NCBI GenBank assembly: GCA_964016885.1
Contig: OZ024740.1
Span: 436,294,001-436,358,000, forward strand
From: Eledone cirrhosa
Lineage: Eukaryota
Direction: 5' to 3'
DNA length: 64,000 nucleotides
In this document: positions 53,501 through 64,000 of the stretch, in pieces
Layout: each line of letters opens with the position of its first letter
How positions within the stretch are numbered: the stretch's first letter is position 1
Notes under the pieces: model-generated
Seen by the model: the letters and a program-made list of their open reading frames with translations, nothing else
What the model was told of the DNA's origin: nothing
Database searches by the model: none
Translations under genes and position numbers: made by a program

Positions 53501-56500
53501 AGCAGTGACATTGTCTCAGATGTGGGAGCAGTGTCATTGTCTCAGATGTGAGAGCAGTGTCTTTGTCTCAGATGTGAGAGCAGTGTCATTGTCTCAGATG
53601 TGGGAGCAGTGTCATTGTCTCAGATGTGGTAGAAGTTTCATTGTCTCAGATGTGAGAGCAGTGTCATTGTCTCAGATGTGGGAGCAGTGTCATTGTCTCA
53701 GATGTGAGAGCAGTGTCATTGTCTCAGATGTGGGAGCAGTGACATTGTCTCAGATGTGGGAGCAGTGTCATTGTCTCAGATGTGAGAGCAGTGTCATTGT
53801 CTCAGATGTGAGAGCAGTGTCATTGTCTCAGATGTGAGAGCAGTGTCATTCTCTTAGATTTGAGAGCAGTGTCAGTATCTCAGATGTGAGAGCAGTGTCA
53901 TTGTCTCAGATGTAGGAGCATTGTCATTGTCTCAGATGTGGGAGCAGTGTCATTGTCTCAGATGTAGGAGCAGTGTCATTGTCTCAGATGTGAGAGCAGT
54001 GTCATTGTCTCAGATGTGAGAGCAGTGTCATTGTCTCAGATGTGAGAGCAGTGTCATTGTCTCAGATGTGAGAGCAGTGTCATTGTCTCAGATATGGGAG
54101 CAGTGTCATTGTCTCAGATGTGAGAGCAGTGTTATTGTCTCAAATGTGAGAACAGTGTGATTGTCTCAGATGTGAGAGCAGTGTCATTATCTCAGATGTG
54201 AGAGCAGTGTCATTGTCTCAGATGTAGGAGCAGTGTCATTGTCTCAGATGTGAGAGCAGTGTCATTGTCTTAGATGTAGGAGCAGTGTCATTGTCTCAGA
54301 TGTGGGAGCAGTGTCATTTTCTCAGATGTGGGAGCAGTGTCATAGTCTCAGATGTGGGAGCAGTGTCATTTTCTCAGATGTGAGAGCAGTGTCATTGTCT
54401 CAGATGTGAGAGCAGTGTCATTGTCTCAGATGTGAGAGCAGTGTCATTGTCTCAGATGTGGGAGCAGTGTCATTGTCTCAGATGTGAGAGCAGTGTCATT
54501 GTCTCTGATGTGAGAGCAGTGTCATTGTCTCAGTTGTGAAAGCAGTGTCATTGTCTCAGGTGTGGGAGCAGTGTCATTGTCTCAGATGTGAGAGCAGTGT
54601 CATTGTCTCAAATGTGGGAGCAGTGTCATTGTCTCAAATGTGGGAGCAGTGTCATTGTCTCAGATGTTAGAGCTGTGTCATTGTCTCAGACGTGAGAGCA
54701 CTGTCATTGTCTCAGATGTGGGAGCAGTGTCATTGTCTCAGATGTGAGAGCAGTGTCATTGTCTCAGATGTGGGAGTAGTGTCATAGTCTCAGATGTGAG
54801 AGCAGTGTCATTGTCTCTGATGTGAGAGCAGTGTCATTGTCTCAGTTGTGAGAGCAGTGTCATTGTCTCAGGTGTGGGAGCAGTGTCATTGTCTCAGATG
54901 TGTGAGCAGTGTCATTGTCTCAGATGTGAGATCAGTGTCATTGTCTCAGATATGAGAGCAGTGTCATTGTCGCAGATGTGGGAGCAGTGTCATTGTCTCA
55001 GATATGAGAGCAGTGTCATTGTCTCAGATGTTAGAGCAGTGTCATTGTCTCAGATTTGAGAGCAGTGTCATTGTCTCAGATGTGGGAGCAGTGTCATTGT
55101 CTCAGATGTGAGAGCAGTGTCATCGTCTCAGATGTGAGAGCAGTGTCATTCTCTCAGATTTGAGAGCAGGGTCATTATCTCAGATGTAAGAGCAGTGTCA
55201 TTGTCTCAGATGTAGGAGCAGTGTCATTGTCTCAGATGTGGGAGCAGTGTCATTGTCTCAGATGTGAGAGCAGTGTCATTGTCTCAGATGTGGGAGCAGT
55301 GTCATTGTCTCAGATGTGGTAGCAGTGTCATTGTCTCAGATGTGGGAGCAGTGTCATTGTCTCAGATGTTAGAGCAGTCAGTGTCATTGTCTCAGATGTG
55401 AGAGCAGTGTATTTGTCTCAGATGTGAGAGCAGTGTCATTGTCTTAGATGTGGGAGCAGTGTCATTGTCTCAGATGTGAGAGCAGTGTCATTGTCTCAGA
55501 TGTGGGAGCAGTGTCATTGTCTCAGATGTGGTAGCAGTTTCATTGTCTCAGATGTGAGAGCAGTGTCATTGTCTCAGATGTGGGAGCAGTGTCATTGTCT
55601 CAGATGTGAGAGCAGTGTCATTGTCTCAGATGTGGGAGCAGTGACATTGTCTCAGATGTGGGAGCAGTGTCATTGTCTCAGATGTGAGAGCAGTGTCATT
55701 GTCTCAGATGTGAGAGCAGTGTCATTCTCTCAGATTTGAGAGCAGTGTCAGTATCTCAGATGTGTGAGCAGTGTCATTGTCTCAGATGTAGGAGCATTGT
55801 CATTGTCTCAGATGTGGGAGCAGTGTCATTGTCTTAGATGTAGGAGCAGTGTCATTGTCTCAGATGTGGGAGCAGTGTCATTGTCTCAGATGTGAGAGCA
55901 GTGTCATTGTCTCAGATGTGAGAGCAGTGTCATTGTCTCAGATGTGAGAGCAGTGTCATTGTCTCAGATATGGGAGCAGTGTCATTGTCTCAGATGTGAG
56001 AGCAGTGTCATTGTCTCAAATGTGAGAACGGTGTGATTGTCTCAGATGTGAGAGCAGTGTCATTATCTCAGATGTGAGAGCAGTGTCATTGTCTCAGATG
56101 TAGGAGCAGTGTCATTGTCTCAGATGTGGGAGCAATGTCATTGTCTCAGATGTGAGAGCAGTGTCATTGTCTCAGATGTGAGAGCAGTGTCATTGTCTCA
56201 GATGTGAGAGCAGTGTCATTGTCTCAAATGTGAGAACAGGGTCATTATCTCAGATGTGAGAGCAGTGTCATTGTCTCAGATGTAGGAGCAGTGTCATTGT
56301 CTCAGATGTGGGAGCAGTGTCATTGTCTCAGCTGTGAGAGCAGTGTCATTGTCTCTGATGTGAGAGCAGTGTCATAGTCTCAGATGTGAGAGCAGTGTCA
56401 TTGTCTCAGATGTGAGAGCAGTGTCATTGTCTCAGATGTGGGAGCAGTGTCATTGTCTCAGGTGTGGTAGCAGTATCATTGTCTCAGATGTGAGAGCAGT

Positions 56501-59500
56501 GTCATTGTCTCAGATATGGGAGCAGTGTCATTGTCTCAGATGTGAGAGCAGTGTCATTGTCTCAAATGTGAGAACAGTGTGATTGTCTCAGATGTGAGAG
56601 CAGTGACATTGTCTCAGATGTGGGAGCAGTGTCATTGTCTCAGATGTGAGAGCAGTGTCTTTGTCTCAGATGTGAGAGCAGTGTCATTGTCTCAGATGTG
56701 GGAGCAGTGTCATTGTCTCAGATGTGGTAGAAGTTTCATTGTCTCAGATGTGAGAGCAGTGTCATTGTCTCAGATGTGGGAGCAGTGTCATTGTCTCAGA
56801 TGTGAGAGCAGTGTCATTGTCTCAGATGTGGGAGCAGTGACATTGTCTCAGATGTGGGAGCAGTGTCATTGTCTCAGATGTGAGAGCAGTGTCATTGTCT
56901 CAGATGTGAGAGCAGTGTCATTGTCTCAGATGTAGGAGCAGTGTCATTGTCTCAGATGTGGGAGCAGTGTCATTGTCTCAGCTGTGAGAGCAGTGTCATT
57001 GTCTCTGATGTGAGAGCAGTGTCATTGTCTCAGATGTGGGAGCAGTGTCATAGTCTCAGATGTGAGAGCAGTGTCATTGTCTCAGATGTGAGAGCAGTGT
57101 CATTGTCTCAGATGTGGGAGCAGTGTCATTGTCTCAGGTGTGGTAGCAGTATCATTGTCTCAGATGTGAGAGCAGTGTCATTGTCTCAGATATGGGAGCA
57201 GTGTCATTGTCTCAGATGTGAGAGCAGTGTCATTGTCTCAAATGTGAGAACAGTGTAATTGTCTCAGATGTGAGAGCAGTGACATTGTCTCAGATGTGGG
57301 AGCAGTGTCATTGTCTCAGATGTGAGAGCAGTGTCTTTGTCTCAGATGTGAGAGCAGTGTCATTGTCTCAGATGTGGGAGCAGTGTCATTGTCTCAGATG
57401 TGGTAGAAGTTTCATTGTCTCAGATGTGAGAGCAGTGTCATTGTCTCAGATGTGGGAGCAGTGTCATTGTCTCAGATGTGAGAGCAGTGTCATTGTCTCA
57501 GATGTGGGAGCAGTGACATTGTCTCAGATGTGGGAGCAGTGTCATTGTCTCAGATGTGAGAGCAGTGTCATTGTCTCAGATGTGAGAGCAGTGTCATTGT
57601 CTCAGATGTGAGAGCAGTGTCATTCTCTTAGATTTTAGAGCAGTGTCAGTATCTCAGATGTGAGAGCAGTGTCATTGTCTCAGATGTAGGAGCATTTTCA
57701 TTGTCTCAGATGTGGGAGCAGTGTCATTGTCTCAGATGTAGGAGCAGTGTCATTGTCTCAGATGTGAGAGCAGTGTCATTGTCTCAGATGTGAGAGCAGT
57801 GTCATTGTCTCAGATGTGAGAGCAGTGTCATTGTCTCAGATGTGAGAGCAGTGTCATTGTCTCAGATATGGGAGCAGTGTCATTGTCTCAGATGTGAGAG
57901 CAGTGTTATTGTCTCAAATGTGAGAACAGTGTGATTGTCTCAGATGTGAGAGCAGTGTCATTATCTCAGATGTAGGAGCAGTGTCATTGTCTCAGATGTG
58001 AGAGCAGTGTCATAGTCTTAGATGTAGGAGCAGTGTCATTGTCTCAGATGTGGGAGCAGTGTCATTTTCTCAGATGTGGGAGCAGTGTCATAGTCTCAGA
58101 TGTGGGAGCAGTGTCATTTTCTCAGATGTGAGAGCAGTGTCATTGTCTCAGATGTGAGAGCAGTGTCATTGTCTCAGATGTGAGAGCAGTGTCATTGTCT
58201 CAGATGTGGGAGCAGTGTCATTGTCTCAGATGTGAGAGCAGTGTCATTGTCTCTGATGTGAGAGCAGTGTCATTGTCTCAGTTGTGAGAGCAGTGTCATT
58301 GTCTCAGGTGTGGGAGCAGTGTCATTGTCTCAGATGTGAGAGCAGTGTCATTGTCTCAAATGTGGGAGCAGTGTCATTGTCTCAAATGTGGGAGCAGTGT
58401 CATTGTCTCAGATGTTAGAGCTGTGTCATTGTCTCAGACGTGAGAGCACTGTCATTGTCTCAGATGTGGGAGCAGTGTCATTGTCTCAGATGTGAGAGCA
58501 GTGTCATTGTCTCAGATGTGGGAGTAGTGTCATAGTCTCAGATGTGAGAGCAGTGTCATTGTCTCTGATGTGAGAGCAGTGTCATTGTCTCAGTTGTGAG
58601 AGCAGTGTCATTGTCTCAGGTGTGGGAGCAGTGTCATTGTCTCAGATGTGTGAGCAGTGTCATTGTCTCAGATGTGAGATCAGTGTCATTGTCTCAGATA
58701 TGAGAGCAGTGTCATTGTCGCAGATGTGGGAGCAGTGTCATTGTCTCAGATATGAGAGCAGTGTCATTGTCTCAGATGTTAGAGACGTGTCATTGTCTCA
58801 GATTTGAGAGCAGTGTCATTGTCTCAGATGTGGGAGCAATGTCATTGTCTCAGATGTGAGAGCAGTGTCATTGTCTCAGATGTGAGAGCAGTGTCATCGT
58901 CTCAGATGTGAGAGCAGTGTCATTCTCTCAGATTTGAGAGCAGGGTCATTATCTCAGATGTAAGAGCAGTGTCATTGTCTCAGATGTAGGAGCAGTGTCA
59001 TTGTCTCAGATGTGGGAGCAGTGTCATTGTCTCAGATGTGAGAGCAGTGTCATTGTCTCAGATGTGGGAGCAGTGTCATTGTCTCAGATGTGGTAGCTGT
59101 GTCATTGTCTCAGATGTGGGAGCAGTGTCATTGTCTCAGATGTTAGAGCAGTCAGTGTCATTGTCTCAGATGTGAGAGCAGTGTATTTGTCTCAGATGTG
59201 AGAGCAGTGTCATTGTCTTAGATGTGGGAGCAGTGTCATTGTCTCAGATGTGAGAGCAGTGTCATTGTCTCAGATGTGGGAGCAGTGTCATTGTCTCAGA
59301 TGTGGTAGCAGTTTCATTGTCTCAGATGTGAGAGCAGTGTCATTGTCTCAGATGTGGGAGCAGTGTCATTGTCTCAGATGTGAGAGCAGTGTCATTGTCT
59401 CAGATGTGGGAGCAGTGACATTGTCTCAGATGTGGGAGCAGTGTCATTGTCTCAGATGTGAGAGCACTGTCATTGTCTCAGATGTGAGAGCAGTGTCATT

Positions 59501-62500
59501 GTCTCAGATGTGAGAGCAGTGTCATTCTCTCAGATTTGAGAGCAGTGTCAGTATCTCAGATGTGTGAGCAGTGTCATTGTCTCAGATGTAGGAGCATTGT
59601 CATTGTCTCAGATGTGGGAGCAGTGTCATTGTCTTAGATGTAGGAGCAGTGTCATTGTCTCAGATGTGGGAGCAGTGTCATTGTCTCAGATGTGAGAGCA
59701 GTGTCATTGTCTCAGATGTGAGAGCAGTGACATTGTCTCAGATGTGAGAGCAGTGTCATTGTCTCAGATATGGGAGCAGTGTCATTGTCTCAGATGTGAG
59801 AGCAGTGTCATTGTCTCAAATGTGAGAACGGTGTGATTGTCTCAGATGTGAGAGCAGTGTCATTATCTCAGATGTGAGAGCAGTGTCATTGTCTCAGATG
59901 TAGGAGCAGTGTCATTGTCTCAGATGTGGGAGCAATGTCATTGTCTCAGATGTGAGAGCAGTGTCATTGTCTCAGATGTGAGAGCAGTGTCATTGTCTCA
60001 GATGTGAGAGCAGTGTCATTGTCTCAAATGTGAGAACAGGGTCATTATCTCAGATGTGAGAGCAGTGTCATTGTCTCAGATGTAGGAGCAGTGTCATTGT
60101 CTCAGATGTGGGAGCAGTGTCATTGTCTCAGCTGTGAGAGCAGTGTCATTGTCTCTGATGTGAGAGCAGTGTCATTGTCTCAGATGTGGGAGCAGTGTCA
60201 TAGTCTCAGATGTGAGAGCAGTGTCATTGTCTCAGATGTGAGAGCAGTGTCATTGTCTCAGATGTGGGAGGAGTGTCATTGTCTCAGATATGGTAGCAGT
60301 GTCATTGTCTCAGATGTGAGAGCAGAGTCATTGTCTCAGATGTGAGAGCAGTGTCATTGTCTCAGATGAGAGAGAAGTGTCATTGTCTCAGATGTGGGAG
60401 CAGTGTCATTGTCTCAGATGTGAGAGCAGTGTCATTGTCTCAGATGTGGGAGCAGTGTCATTGTCTCAGGTGTGGTAGCAGTATCATTGTCTCAGATGTG
60501 AGAGCAGTGTCATTGTCTCAGATATGGGAGCAGTGTCATTGTCTCAGATGTGAGAGCAGTGTCATTGTCTCAAATGTGAGAACAGTGTGATTGTCTCAGA
60601 TGTGAGAGCAGTGACATTGTCTCAGATGTGGGAGCAGTGTCATTGTCTCAGATGTGAGAGCAGTGTCTTTGTCTCAGATGTGAGAGCAGTGTCATTGTCT
60701 CAGATGTGGGAGCAGTGTCATTGTCTCAGATGTGGTAGAAGTTTCATTGTCTCAGATGTGAGAGCAGTGTCATTGTCTCAGATGTGGGAGCAGTGTCATT
60801 GTCTCAGATGTGAGAGCAGTGTCATTGTCTCAGATGTGGGAGCAGTGACATTGTCTCAGATGTGGGAGCAGTGTCATTGCCTCAGATGTGAGAGCAGTGT
60901 CATTGTCTCAGATGTGAGAGCAGTGTCATTGTCTCAGATGTGAGAGCAGTGTCATTCTCTTAGATTTGAGAGCAGTGTCAGTATCTCAGATGTGAGAGCA
61001 GTGTCATTGTCTCAGATGTAGGAGCATTGTCATTGTCTCAGATGTGGGAGCAGTGTCATTGTCTCAGATGTAGGAGCAGTGTCATTGTCTCAGATGTGGG
61101 AGCAGTGTCATTGTCTCAGATGTGAGAGCAGTGTCATTGTCTCAGATGTGAGAGCAGTGTCATTGTCTCAGATGTGAGAGCAGTGTCATTGTCTCAGATA
61201 TGGGAGCAGTGTCATTGTCTCAGATGTGAGAGCAGTGTCATTGTCTCAAATGTGAGAACGGTGTGATTGTCTCAGATGTGAGAGCAGTGTCATTATCTCA
61301 GATGTGAGAGCAGTGTCATTGTCTCAGATGTAGGAGCAGTGTCATTGTCTCAGATGTGGGAGCAATGTCATTGTCTCAGATGTGAGAGCAGTGTCATTGT
61401 CTCAGATGTGAGAGCAGTGTCATTGTCTCAGATGTGAGAGCAGTGTCATTGTCTCAAATGTGAGAACAGGGTCATTATCTCAGATGTGAGAGCAGTGTCA
61501 TTGTCTCAGATGTAGGAGCAGTGTCATTGTCCCAGATGTGGGAGCAGTGTCATTGTCTCAGCTGTGAGAGCAGTGTCATTGTCTCTGATGTGAGAGCAGT
61601 GTCATTGTCTCAGATGTGGGAGCAGTGTCATAGTCTCAGATGTGAGAGCAGTGTCATTGTCTCAGATGTGAGAGCAGTGTCATTGTCTCAGATGTGGGAG
61701 CAGTGTCATTGTCTCAGATATGGTAGCAGTGTCATTGTCTCAGATGTGAGAGCAGAGTCATTGTCTCAGATGTGAGAGCAGTGTCATTGTCTCAGATGAG
61801 AGAGAAGTGTCATTGTCTCAGATGTGGGAGCAGTGTCATTGTCTCAGATGTGAGAGCAGTGTCATTGTCTCAGATGTGGGAGCAGTGTCATTGTCTCAGG
61901 TGTGGTAGCAGTATCATTGTCTCAGATGTGAGAGCAGTGTCATTGTCTCAGATATGGGAGCAGTGTCATTGTCTCAGATGTGAGAGCAGTGTCATTGTCT
62001 CAAATGTGAGAACAGTGTGATTGTCTCAGATGTGAGAGCAGTGACATTGTCTCAGATGTGGGAGCAGTGTCATTGTCTCAGATGTGAGAGCAGTGTCTTT
62101 GTCTCAGATGTGAGAGCAGTGTCATTGTCTCAGATGTGGGAGCAGTGTCATTGTCTCAGATGTGGTAGAAGTTTCATTGTCTCAGATGTGAGAGCAGTGT
62201 CATTGTCTCAGATGTGGGAGCAGTGTCATTGTCTCAGATGTGAGAGCAGTGTCATTGTCTCAGATGTGGGAGCAGTGACATTGTCTCAGATGTGGGAGCA
62301 GTGTCATTGTCTCAGATGTGAGAGCAGTGTCATTGTCTCAGATGTGAGAGCAGTGTCATTGTCTCAGATGTGAGAGCAGTGTCATTCTCTTAGATTTGAG
62401 AGCAGTGTCAGTATCTCAGATGTGAGAGCAGTGTCATTGTCTCAGATGTAGGAGCATTGTCATTGTCTCAGATGTGGGAGCAGTGTCATTGTCTCAGATG

Positions 62501-64000
62501 TGAGAGCAGTGTCATTGTCTCAGATGTGAGAGCAGTGTCATTGTCTCAGATGTGAGAGCAGTGTCATTGTCTCAGATGTGAGAGCAGTGTCATTGTCTCA
62601 GATATGGGAGCAGTGTCATTGTCTCAGATGTGAGAGCAGTGTTATTGTCTCAAATGTGAGAACAGTGTGATTGTCTCAGATGTGAGAGCAGTGTCATTAT
62701 CTCAGATGTGAGAGCAGTGTCATTGTCTCAGATGTAGGAGCAGTGTCATTGTCTCAGATGTGAGAGCAGTGTCATTGTCTTAGATGTAGGAGCAGTGTCA
62801 TTGTCTCAGATGTGGGAGCAGTGTCATTTTCTCAGATGTGGGAGCAGTGTCATAGTCTCAGATGTGGGAGCAGTGTCATTTTCTCAGATGTGAGAGCAGT
62901 GTCATTGTCTCAGATGTGAGAGCAGTGTCATTGTCTCAGATGTGAGAGAAGTGTCATTGTCTCAGATGTGGGAGCAGTGTCATTGTCTCAGATGTGAGAG
63001 CAGTGTCATTGTCTCTGATGTGAGAGCAGTGTCATTGTCTCAGTTGTGAGAGCAGTGTCATTGTCTCAGGTGTGGGAGCAGTGTCATTGTCTCAGATGTG
63101 AGAGCAGTGTCATTGTCTCAGATGTGGGAGCAGTGTCATTGTCTCAAATGTGGGAGCAGTGTCATTGTCTCAGATGTTAGAGCTGTGTCATTGTCTCAGA
63201 CGTGAGAGCACTGTCATTGTCTCAGATGTGGGAGCAGTGTCATTGTCTCAGATGTGAGAGCAGTGTCATTGTATCAGATGTGGGAGCAGTGTCATAGTCT
63301 CAGATGTGAGAGCAGTGTCATTGTCTCAGATGTGGGAGCATTGTCATTGTCTCAGATGTGAGAGCAGTGTCATTGTCTCAGATGTGAGATCAGTGTCCTT
63401 GTCTCAGATATGAGAGCAGTGTCATTGTCGCAGATGTGGGAGCAGTGTCATTGTCTCAGATATGAGAGCAGTGTCATTGTCTCAGATGTTAGAGCAGTGT
63501 CATTGTCTCAGATTTGAGAGCAGTGTCATTGTCTCAGATGTGGGAGCAATGTCATTGTCTCAGATGTGAGAGCAGTGTCATTGTCTCAGATGTGAGAGCA
63601 GTGTCATCGTCTCAGATGTGAGAGCAGTGTCATTCTCTCAGATTTGAGAGCAGGGTCATTATCTCAGATGTAAGAGCAGTGTCATTGTCTCAGATGTATG
63701 AGCAGTGTCATTGTCTCAGATGTGGGAGCAGTGTCATTGTCTCAGATGTGAGAGCAGTGTCATTGTCTCAGATGTGGGAGCAGTGTCATTGTCTCAGATG
63801 TGGTAGCAGTGTCATTGTCTCAGATGTGAGAGCAGTGTCATTGTCTCAGATGTGAGATAAGTGTCATTGTCTCAGATGTGGGAGCTGTGTCATTGTCTCA
63901 GATGTGAGAGCAGCGTCATTGTCTCAGATATGAGAGCAGTGTCATTGTCTCAGATGTTAGAGCAGTGTCATTGTCTCACATTTGAGAGCAGTGTCATTGT
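41514..64000. repeat. 26-bp tandem satellite, consensus CAGATGTG[A/G]GAGCAGTGTCATTGTCT, about 865 monomers in the window; continues past the right edge
   Basis: Uninterrupted 26-nt period in one orientation, starting abruptly after ACATACATATATA. There are two main monomer types, TGAGAG and TGGGAG. Confidence 0.99.

Noticed and set aside
41519-62373. Cys-rich plus-strand ORFs (QCHCLRC) as metallothionein- or zinc-finger-like proteins
   Set aside because: They are translations of the 26-bp satellite. The common monomer has ATG-TGA, so frames stay open only where the G variant happens to fall.
1-64000. CRISPR array (repeat lengths 26-29 bp, one palindromic)
   Set aside because: Monomers are contiguous with no unique spacers, there are no cas genes, and the context is eukaryotic retroelements.

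Overview
Eukaryotic (animal-like) repetitive DNA with no credible host gene. About 95% of the window is two tandem satellites: a 29-bp array (CTGTAAGGTAATGTCTGTAGTATATACAT, 1-38257, open at the left edge) and a 26-bp array (CAGATGTG[A/G]GAGCAGTGTCATTGTCT, 41514-64000, open at the right edge). Both carry kilobase-scale duplicated blocks (higher-order repeats, HORs). Between them is a 3.3-kb island whose recognisable elements all lie on the minus strand: a truncated RTE-clade LINE reverse-transcriptase fragment running directly into the 29-bp satellite; three head-to-tail copies of a short, apparently non-autonomous RTE derivative (UTR-like 5' part, C2H2 zinc-finger end, 3' stem-loop, (ATGT)n tail); and a tRNA-derived SINE whose (ATGT)n tract appears to be the site the three copies inserted into. 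Nearly all ORFs in the track are translations of satellite DNA. Family assignments come from remembered motifs; no searches were run.
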